From Antedon mediterranea (lineage: Eukaryota > Animalia > Echinodermata), in contig NC_092673.1 of assembly GCF_964355755.1 (NCBI RefSeq), positions 35,523,648 through 35,587,647 on the forward strand: a stretch of 64,000 nucleotides of DNA. The letters are read 5' to 3'. The position numbers and the translations under genes were made by a program. Below are positions 13,101-25,100 of the stretch, piece after piece (position 1 is the first letter of the stretch; each line of letters starts with the position of its first letter). The notes beneath the pieces are model-generated. The model had not been told where the DNA came from. It worked only from the letters and a program-made list of their open reading frames with translations, and made no database searches.

Positions 13101-16100
13101 TTTATCTTTATAAGATTTTGGTGCCTCATTAACAAGATCACTGATGGATTCAACATTTTTTGTTGTCAGCTTATTTCCAAATTCTACCAACATGCGTCTG
13201 TGACGACTGAATTTTGAAACGGAAATCTCCTCGACATTTGGAAATGTTATAACTTCCTCTTTAATTTTTCTTACTAATTCAAATTCTCCTGTTGCATTGA
13301 TGGTGTCGAAAAACAATGTGAAATCTTTGCTTGTTAGATGATTAGATTCAATTAAGAATTCCAGCAGGTCTATTGTGCTAGATGCCTTGTCTAGCATATG
13401 AGGAAGCAGAAGGTCTTTATACAAGGTTTTAAGCGAACTGAGCGATTCTCTCTTGTCATACCAGCGGGAAAATTCTTCTTTAATGTATGTAAAGTTTAAA
13501 TGTCGAATTCCTAGTAAGATTTAAAACAAAACAAGTCATCAGTGAAATTTGTTTCAGAAATATTTGGACTGTGGTATGATCTTTGCAACAAAAGACTATG
13601 GAATGCTATATTTGGAGAAAAACATACAATTTAAAATGAGAATAATGTAGTATTATACAAATAATGAATGTTTATGACGGTTTCCTTCCTTTTCCATTAA
13701 AAAAGGTTTAAAATCTATGGGCAACAGTTTTTTCTGTTCAATAGAATCTATATTTTTTCCAATCTTCAAATATAAACTAATTTAAAACTATTTTTTTTTT
13801 GCTTACAAAAATGCATTCAATCTGGTAATTGCATATTATTGTCATAAAAATGAATAACAAATTATTATATTATAAAATAAATTGATTGCATTTATTGAAA
13901 TTAATTTGTCTTAAAGCCCAGCTAAATTATTTATTTTTTAATAATTGTTTTGTATGTTGTTATTGTAAAGATAGTACAATATTTTGTCAGGTTTTGACTT
14001 TGTCATATGTCCTTCATCTAAAACTGTTATGTTTGTTATGATGCAAAATAAAGATTGATTGGGTGTAAATCACCATGTAATATTATCACTCTTAAATCAT
14101 CAAAGATGAAAACATGTGTTCTTAATTATAATTCTATGTTTACCTTCAACAGATACTTTTTCATGTTCCATTTCTTTCTCTTGTGTTTCTAGTACAGCTA
14201 TCTGTCTTAGTTGGTCAAGCATTTCTTGAAACATTTTAAGGTGTTCTGATACATCTATCAACAAATATTTAAAACACATGGATAAACCCACTGGGATCTG
14301 ATTTTAATCATTTCGCTAAAATGTGTCCCTATATATTGTATTTATAATACTTTGTATATTGTTTTTTTTAAAGAATTTTATAAATAGATGTTGATTTGAG
14401 AAGTCTGAATCCACCTTCTCAAAAGACAGGGGTGGATCCAGGATATTTTCAAACGCCGGAGCGATGAAACATATTATTAATAGTGTGCCAAACATAAATA
14501 TCACATTGAAAAAATATTAATAATGTAATTTTAGCTGTCAAAAGCGGGGAAACTGACTTATTCTACAATCAGAACCATAGAAAGATCAGGCCACAAATTC
14601 ATGCTTATAAAGTGACTATGAATTATGCCGCTCACCTTATAAGCTACAACTCTAATCAAAGTAGTCCATGTCACTACATGTAATTATGAATGAGGAAATG
14701 ATAATGCCCACTTAGGAATTGTGTTATGGCCATAAACCTTCAATAGCATAATGTAATAATGGTTTGTTTTGGAATTTTAAATCCAATATTAAAAAATAAT
14801 ACAATTATCTTCTTACCAATGTCATGCTTCATTGCTTTTGGTATATCTTTACATTCCTCTTTTACAGAAGGCTTTTTTTCTTCAAGCAATTGTTTTTCAT
14901 AATACTTTGTTACATCTTTGAAAAAATAGCAAAACTATCAAGCAGGAATATATATAAATGCTATAAATAGATTATAATATAGATAATAATAGTTGCTATT
15001 ATAAATTATTGGTTATCCGCACTTGGCGGACCCTTTTTTTTTTTTTTCTTTATTCTTCTTTCTTTCCACGAATTTTGTTGGGAGTGTATCTCTAATTCTG
15101 GCCAACATAAGATTGTCTTAAGATTGACCTGTAGCTGTAGATGTGCAGCCAAGCTTTTCGACGATGTTGGAGTTGCGCAGCGTAAGTAATGCGCGATTTT
15201 AAGAATTTCAATGATTGATCATAGATTAAAAACCAAAAGTCATTTTGTATTGAAACTTGGTGAAAATTTAAGTAATATCAAGCGCAAAAATTCTATGGAT
15301 TAAAAATAGCTGGTTGCACAGAAAGTTATGCACGCGTGTTTAAAATGTCAAAATGCGAAAAATCACTTCTAATCAACTTTCTACGCGTTTCATGTCATTT
15401 TGAGCATTTCATAAATTCCCAGGCGTGCGCAATTTTTTCACGCGCGCGTGCGCACGTAGCGCAAAAAAAGATTTTTTTTGCTTGATTTTTGTTTTTTCAA
15501 ACTTTTCTAGTAGTTTTATCAACTTTTCAAACAATTTTAACTTAAAATCATAGAATTAGACAATTTGCACACGCGTTTTTTATGAAAAAGTTCAAAATTT
15601 CGTGAAAATTATGCCTTTTTTTAAACAGTCATAGATTCTAAACTACGTTGTGAACTTTCTTGAAATTACATATTCTGGAAGTAGATGAGTTGTAGATATC
15701 GAATCATGCATTGATATGGCTAACTGGACATTGTGACGTCATCGTATGGCCACTCCAATATAAAATGTAGGATTTTTGTCTCTTTCGTCATAGCGCATCA
15801 CATTTAATAGAGCGCATCTCTACTTATCCGTATTCCATTTTCCCCCATTTCTCTATATTGCCTAGGTCAATCAATTATCTTTCACATGATTTACCATTTT
15901 TAAAATTGTGATGACGTCATCATGTTCAAAAGCGTCATTAACTTATTTTCACCTATTCTGAACTGTATGTAGTATGTATACAGTATATAGTGTATACTGT
16001 ATATACTTTGACGTGACACAAAATAGAGAGCGCACAAACATTTTTTTCAATGGCATAATCGTTTTTCTGTGCGCCATATTCTAACGTATGACGTGCACGT

Positions 16101-19100
16101 GGCGTCTGCGCTGCGGATAACCTAACTCGTCCGTAGTGACGAGTTCAAATCTAGAGTGGAGATGTGGCTTGGTGGTTATGATGCTTGGCTACCACTCTAA
16201 GGATCCTGGGTTCAAGTCCCGTCACATGTCTGGATTTTTTCTAAGGACAAAATTACAACTCCACTCCCAAAGACTTGTAATAAGACTTTGTTTATGTAGA
16301 GCATCTTGTGTATAATGTTTGTCTTGTGAACCTCTGAGGGTCCCTAATGATCAGCAATTGCTGGATGGATCACCCTCATTAAATATGGTAAAAAAAAAAA
16401 AAAAAAAAAATTAATGATATAAACATACCTGTAAGGTGGTCTGATCTCCTGCAGTCTTTTGAAGGCCTACCTTCGTCTAACAGAATTAATATGCAACATT
16501 ATTTATTGAATAGAAAATATAGAACATCTATTCCAATACCTTTTGTATTTCTCCTCATCAATAATAAGAAGTTAGAAAACCATTTCTTTTAATGAAAAAA
16601 CTATTATTAACTATTATTTTTTTTAATGTTTAAAACATGTCAATCTAATCCACTGGACTTGTTTAGAACAGCGACGTTTCATGACCTATCCAGTTGGCAT
16701 CATCAGGCCGGATGATGGAAATTGGTCAATGACCCATGACAGGGTCGAGAAGAAGAAGAAGTAAGTCCAATGGATTAGATTGATATCTTTATTACTACCT
16801 GGATGAATGAGAATATTAAGTAACCATACATTTTTTATATTTCATTCATTTATTGATTTCCTTTCAATAACCATATTAAGAGAAACAAAATACCTGGATC
16901 TGGAATTAATGATCTCTTCTGTTTTGATGTTCCAACTTTATCTGTAAAAATATATTTATAGTTTTTATCTCAACAAATAAAATATACACTTTCTTTTATT
17001 ATTACCAATAAGAAAACAAAAGAATGTACTATTTATTAACAATTGCATGTTTCATAGTCGATAGAATATGTACAATTTGTATCTTGCAATAATATCTGTC
17101 TGTTCAATTAAGTAAAGGTAGGCTGAAATGAATTCCAATTTAAATTGAGATAAAATGCAAATTTATTCAATCTATCAATGAAGAGTCAATTATAGTAATT
17201 TAAGCTTCTGTTCCGAAACATTCCATTTACATTTACTTGGTTTTCAGAAAATGTCAGAAGCATGTACTAATTTTAATTCCGTCTTCTTTTTATTATCAAG
17301 ACCAATTTACCCAGACAAACGGTAATGGTAAATGAAAAAACACATGTAGTTTGTCCCACATAGAATCGGTCTCTATCCTCAGCGGAAACTGCCCCTCCGC
17401 TCTGCATTTGTGTAAATGTTCATAGATTCAACATTTTTATTATCGTTACCGCTCGTCTGTGTAAATGAGCTTTTATACCTAAATTTGCAATTCTAATTAT
17501 TTAAATTTTACAATACAAGTTCACCTGTTTTTGGTTTGACAAGTCCTAGTGATCCATGTTCCTCTTTAAAACTGATTGGTAACATCTCAATTAATGTACC
17601 AGATAAATCGTCTAAATACCCTAATATAGGACAAATACTTTTAATAAATTGGTACTGATAATCAATTTAGTCAACAGCAGTCAACAATAAATTTTTAATT
17701 GTAAGTAACTTTTCTTTAGATGCATGTGACTCACCTTCTTCCAATTTCGGTGACTTGGGTTCTTCTTTGATATTAATTGACAATTCTTTAGATTCCTTGT
17801 CAAATTCCTCTGTTTAATAGAATAATAATATTAACAGCTAGCTATACAAAATGTGTATAGATTTTACCATGGTCTCATCCAAAACATGGAATATGGAAAA
17901 ATGTGTTAATTACTGTAATTAGTACAAAACTCCAAAGCTGGTTGTATTAAATATTTGAGCCTTGGTTCTTTTCATTCTCAACCTGCAAGCACACTGATCA
18001 ACAACAACTTTCTGGTTTATGTAAAACATTGCAGTAGTATGGCATGCCCTTTTAAAATATAAATATAGCTGAAAAATGATGTTTTACTTTAGCAAATGAA
18101 TAAAACATACCTTTGAGGTAGCTAGAACTTCTGAATTGTTTTGATGGTCCAGGTTGATCTATTAAAAATAGTATTATACATATTGATTTTAATAAAACAG
18201 ACAATGTAGAGATTTTGATGGTCCAGGTTGATCTATTAAAAATAGTATTATACATATTGATTTTAATAAACAGACAATGTAGAGATTTTGATGGTCCAGG
18301 TTGATCTATTAAAAATAGTATTATACATATTGATTTTAATAAACAGACAATGTAGAGATTTTGATGGTCCAGGTTGATCTATTAAAAATAGTATTATACA
18401 TATTGATTTTAATAAACAGACAATGTAGAGATTTTGATGGTCCAGGTTGATCTATTAAAAATAGTATTATACATATTGATTTTAATAAACAGACAATGTA
18501 GAGATTTTGATGGTCCAGGTTGATCTATTAAAAATAGTATTATACATATGGATTTTAATAAACAGACAATGTAGAGATTTTGATGGTCCAGGTTGATCTA
18601 TTAAAAATAGTATTATACATATTGATTTTAATAAAACAGACAATGTAGAGATTTTGATGGTCCAGGTTGATCTATTAAAAATAGTATTATACATATTGAT
18701 TTTAATAAACAGACAATGTAGAGATTTTGATGGTCCAGGTTGATCTATTAAAAATAGTATTATACATATTGATTTTAATAAACAGACAATGTAGAGATTT
18801 TGATGGTCCAGGTTGATCTATTAAAAATAGTATTATACATATTGATTTTAATAAACAGACAATGTAGAGATTTTGATGGTCCAGGTTGATCTATTAAAAA
18901 TAGTATTATACATATTGATTTTAATAAACAGACAATGTAGAGATTTTGATGGTCCAGGTTGATCTATTAAAAATAGTATTATACATATTGATTTTAATAA
19001 ACAGACAATGTAGAGATTTTGATGGTCCAGGTTGATCTATTAAAAATAGTATTATACATATTGATTTTAATAAACAGACAATGTAGAGATTTTGATGGTC

Positions 19101-22100
19101 CAGGTTGATCTATTAAAAATAGTATTATACATATTGATTTTAATAAACAGACAATGTAGAGATTTTGATGGTCCAGGTTGATCTATTAAAAATAGTATTA
19201 TACATATTGATTTTAATAAACAGACAATGTAGAGATTTTGATGGTCCAGGTTGATCTATTAAAAATAGTATTATACATATTGATTTTAATAAACAGACAA
19301 TGTAGAGATTTTGATGGTCCAGGTTGATCTATTAAAAATAGTATTATACATATTGATTTTAATAAACAGACAATGTAGAGATTTTGATGGTCCAGGTTGA
19401 TCTATTAAAAATAGTATTATACATATTGATTTGAATAAACAGACAATGTAGAGATTGTGATGGTCCAGGTTGATCTATTAAAATGAGCATTATACATATT
19501 GATTTTAATAAACAGACAATGTAGAGATTTTGATGGTCCAGGTTGATCTATTAAAAATAGTATTATACATATTGATTTGAATAAACAGACAATGTAGAGA
19601 TTTTGATGGTCCAGGTTGATCTATTAAAAATAGTATTATACATATTGATTTTAATAAAACAGACAATGTAGAGATTTTGATGGTCCAGGTTGATCTATTA
19701 AAAATAGTATTATACATATTGATTTTAATAAACAGACAATGTAGAGATTTTGATGGTCCAGGTTGATCTATTAAAATGAGCATTATACATATTGATTTTA
19801 ATAAACAGACAATGTAGAGATTTTGATGGTCCAGGTTCATCTATTAAAATGAGCATTATACATATTGATACTGTATATTTTTTAAAGGCTGTATACAAAT
19901 GTCACATAATGAATCTCTTACACATTATTCAACAAACAAATTGTGGTGAGAAATGAAATATAATCCTTTTTTAAAAGATGTAATTTTTAAAGTTATTCTC
20001 ATTACCATGAAAAAATACTACATACCTGGATCTGGACTTAATGATCTCTTAAATGGCTTTGATGTTACAACTTCGTCTGTAAAATAAACATACAACAATT
20101 AATTCATTTAAAAAGTGATATAATCATAATTTGGTCAGATGTTGTTTCTACTTTGACATAATTGAAAATAGTTAATGACAAAACAGTGTTGCGAGTAGGA
20201 AAAGGATGAGAACTTGAGTGGTATACATATTTCATGGCATGTGTCCACTTTCTTGTGTTGGCATCCTTTTGTGAGATCCTACTGAATGTTCATTGCTTAA
20301 TAGCTGGTTCACCGGCGACACCACACAGGTCTATTTCTATTCATCATTGTCGCCATGGGAAATTTTTATTTATATTTTTGCAATTCTGTTAGAGGTTTGT
20401 TAACACTAATATTTGGGTGGGTGGGTGGGGTGGAGAAATCATGTAAAAAACTTTAAATAGGAAAGTGGAAAAGTTGAACACTCACAAATAAAGACTGATT
20501 TAGTAAATGTAAGTAAGTGTTCAACTGTATATGTATTCTAGACACAATAAGCACATAATGGCTATAGCTATGATCAGTGTATAAACACTGGTATTGACTT
20601 AATAACAAATAAATAATGGTGGTGTTTAAAGCCTGTTTTCCTGTCGACGTTATTCGACGCTGTCGTTAACAATAATCACTGATCTTCAACGTTAACAGTG
20701 GACTTTTAACGATTTACAGGAAAAGGTACTTGCTATTCTTGGAAATATTTCATTTAGCTTCGATTTTGTATAGATGACAAATTTCGTTTTTGTAAAAGCT
20801 ACCAATTAACGGAGTACTTTACTCAAACGTTTCGATCTCTATCAGAGATCATTCTCAACTGAATGCTATTGTCATCATTTCAACTTGATCGTTTTCAAAC
20901 GATCGTCGTTGAACTTTTAACGTTTAACGATGATAGCGTCGACAGGAAAACAGGCTTAAGACAAACAACATGCTTGCAACTACAATTTCTAGACTGCTTC
21001 AACAGAGAACGCAAGGCATTGTTATAGCATACTTTAAATGATCTCAATGTGCCCTTATCTTTTTCAAACATTGTAAATTTATTATAAGCAAACATTACTT
21101 TTAATTTTTTATATTGTAAACTTACCTTTATTTGCAAGAGGTTTTTTTTCAAGTTTTGTTTCTATTGTTTCTTTCTGCTGATACTCTTTCTTTAGTACAG
21201 CCAACTCCTTTAACTTGTCAAACATTTGATTTAACAGTTGATGGTAATTTTCAACTTTCAAACGAAATAAAAAAAAAAACAAAAATGTTTAAGGGCGTAA
21301 AGAGGGGTCAAAATGGAAGTGTAACCAACACATTCTGTAACTCTCCGCCAGGCTTTATGACATGTAGTGTTTGAAATACATAACTTTACACAGGTGATTG
21401 AAATAGGACATTTTAATTAAAAAAGACTGTAGATCAATCAAGTAGCCTACTTCTTTTGAACAACTGTAATCTATTGCAATAAATTAATTCTGTTGAATAC
21501 AATGGTATGTTTAAACGTAACTGTATGAATGACTTACTTGTTTGTGATGTGAGCGATGTAGGCTCCTTTTTAATACTGAACAGCATTTCCCCAGATTCTT
21601 CTGTTGATGTACCAGATAAATCGTCTGAATCTAATAAGAACTTTTAAATGTTATTTCACTTTACACCCCATCTGAAGTAAGTATATTGTGTAAGGAACTA
21701 TAACTACTGTCCAACTGAAAACAAATTCAAATACCATTGTCTTATTGATGTTATTTTTGCATAACTACAAGAATAACTAATTACCTGTTTGTGATTTGGG
21801 TGATGTTGGTTCCTCTTTCATATTGATCAGCAATTCCTCAGCTTTCTTGTCAAATTCCTCTGTTTCATAAAAGAATACAAAAACAATGTGTATAAATTTA
21901 AACGATTTTAAATCTAAGAAGAGCAGACACTTTGGTATTTACAATTCAACAAAGCTATAGTAGTTCTTCAGGGTTATGAGATTACACTGTGGATATGTAG
22001 TATGCATTCTCTTTGGTCTTAACAATTCAACAAAGCTATAGTAGTTCTTCAGGGTTATGAGATTACACTGTGGATATGTAGTATGCATTCTCTTTGGTCT

Positions 22101-25100
22101 TAACAATTCAACAAAGCTATAGTAGTTCTTCAGGGTTATGAGATTACACTGTGGATATGTAGTATGCATTCTCTTTGGTCTTAACAATTCAACAAAGCTA
22201 TAGTAGTTCTTCAGGGTTATGAGATTACACTGTGGATATGTAGTATGCATTCTCTTTGGTCTTAACAATTCAACAAAGCTATAGTAGTTCTTCAGGGTTA
22301 TGAGATTACACTGTGGATATGTAGTATGCATTCTCTTTGGTCTTAACAATTCAACAAAGCTATAGTAGTTCTTCAGGGTTATGAGATTACACTGTGGATA
22401 TGTAGTATGCATTCTCTTTGGTCTTAACAATTCAACAAAACTACAGTAGTTCTTCAGGGTTATGAGATTACACTGTGGATATGTAGTATGCATTCTCTTT
22501 GGTCTTAACAATTCAACAAAGCTATAGTAGTTCTTCAGGGTTATGAGATTACACTGTGGATATGTAGTATGCATTCTCTTTGGTCTTAACAATTCAACAA
22601 AGCTATAGTAGTTCTTCAGGGTTATGAGATTACACTGTGGATATGTAGTATGCATTCTCTTTGGTCTTAACAATCCAACAAAGCTATAGTAGTTCTTCAG
22701 GGTTATGAGATTACACTGTGGATATGTAGTATGCATTCTCTTTGGTCTTAACAATTCAACAAAGCTATAGTAGTTCTTCAGGGTTATGAGATTACACTGT
22801 GGATATGTAGTATGCATTCTCTTTGGTCTTAACAATTCAACAAAGCTATAGTAGTTCTTCATGGTTATGAGATTACACTGTGGATATGTAGTATGCATTC
22901 TCTTTGGTCTTAACAATTCAACAAAGCTACAGTAGTTCTTCAGGGTTATGAGATTACACTGATGGATATGTAGTGTGCATTCTCTTTTCCCAACTAAGAC
23001 TTAAGTACTTCTATTTTTGTTACTTACCAAATTCTTTTAGTTTCTTTAGTGCATTTTTGTAATTTGTTTCATTTATTGTAATGTTCAATTGTTGTTTATC
23101 CTTATGATCTTTTACTAATATATGTTTTAAATCTGTTTGTAGCTGCAACTTGTTAGCACAATACATGCTCCACAGCTCATCCAATGCTTCTGTGTCATGT
23201 GACACTAGATGCAACACTATACTTCCAGTTTCTACTTTCTCAAATTGTAGATGCTTTTCTTCAAAGTAAGAAACAAGGTTTGTTATTGTTCCATGAACTA
23301 CATCAACAGTTGTTTTACTCCATTCTTTCTGTTTAAAAAGAAGTTCCAGTGCTTGTGGTCGTTCACTGTCATTGGCTGATGAAGAACTTTGGTTCTTCAC
23401 AAGAGTTACTATTAATGGGACACCTTAAATAAAAAATAACATTATAATAATGTAAACAAAATTTAAGAAATCTACTAAAAATAGGCATGAATTTTTTCAC
23501 TAGAATAATGCAGTGTCTCTTCTTGAATTTGCATTCATTCAGATGATGCTATAACAACAGCATATATATATCTAAAAAGCCAAATATATTCATTCATTCA
23601 TACATCAAAAGTTATAACTTAATAACCAAGATATTGGGGGAAAAGACAGACATACTTTAAGTCAGGCTCATTATATTGCAACTGAAGGAGGAGTGACATA
23701 TTTGACACATGTATATGTCTCATCTATATTATGTTTATTCCAAATAACCTAAATTCCTGGCTGTAAGTGTGTGGATACGTCATCACTATCCAATACCATA
23801 TTTCAGTTAAAATGCTATATTTATCAACTGGTGTACAGTATACCAAGCTGTTAATATGTTTGTATATGGGTTCTACAATGGGCTCCATATTAAAAAATTA
23901 AAACAAAAAAAGATATTAGGCCTACAGTAAATGCTTCTAATTAAAAAATATAGATTACCATCACTTCTTTCCTGTCTATTGTTTGATGAAAGAGCTTCTG
24001 TAAGACAACATTAAAAATATTATCATATCAGTCAGTTATGAAAGAGATTTTGAACCTGGTATTCTCACTTTACAAAACCTTTTAACTATTGATTAAAAGA
24101 TGTATTGTCCCCCTGAAAAAAAAATTTCTTAACAATTTTTTTTAATATGCCATTTTAATGTCACATAATAGTTATCCATTTTGACCAAAAATTGGAAAAA
24201 AAAAAAATGTATTTTCCGAAGAAATTGGCTACCAGCCAGTGGGTTTTTGGTTGAATTTAAATATTTATTTTGTCATTTTATGTGAAACAATTAAAAAGAA
24301 AACTACAAAAGAACATATCCAAAGTCTGATTTAATTAATCTTCATTTTTTTGGGGGGACGATACATCTTTAAGAATCAGTAAAGAAGTTTTAACAAATGT
24401 AACAATGTTCTGTATTGTATAAATCTATAATATTGGTAGATATATGCAAACTGCTGTGATATCTACTGTGATCACTTTTTGGTTTTATCTTGAACAAAAT
24501 TGTCCAGATTGAAAGCATTTTTACCTTTATCCTTTAGATCCTTTAAAGCAGCTTTGTATTCCTCAAAGTCAATACAGGTCTTCCAGTCTTCAACAAACTT
24601 CTTTCTATTTTGGGGTTTTAAAATGTCAGCTAACCCATTGATTAGTTCATCTTCTGCATGCATGTCCATTAATTCTTTTAAAGCTTTTCGTTCACTTGTA
24701 AACAGACGGAAAAAGAGCGATGCCTTTGGATCATTGATTCCCAATCCAACGCATTTGAAGGAAGCTGGTATACTTTGGCTCAGTTTGTTCTCTTGCTCAA
24801 TAGAATCCACGCAATCATGAAGCACGCTCAGATTGGACTTGGTATTGACAGTGACAGGAATTTTTGTACCTTTTTAAGAAAGTGTAGCACTATTTTCTTT
24901 ATATATGAATATAATGATAAATTATTATTATATTCATATATATTTCATTCATTATATGATAATTAAAATATAATACAGAAATCCAAAACATATTCAGTGA
25001 AAGATATCACCTACTTCTGCAATAAAATAATCAAACATGAGCAAAATAATCTAGTACAGTAATTGAAACTGAACAAACACAACACTACTGTGTAATAATA

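Noticed and set aside
16156-16230. Possible tRNA gene
   Set aside because: A/B boxes present but imperfect cloverleaf, and it continues into a SINE body with poly-A
21939-22916. 325-aa repetitive ORF
   Set aside because: Translation of a 75-bp minisatellite; absent from the paralogous intron in gene A and no fitting splice sites seen
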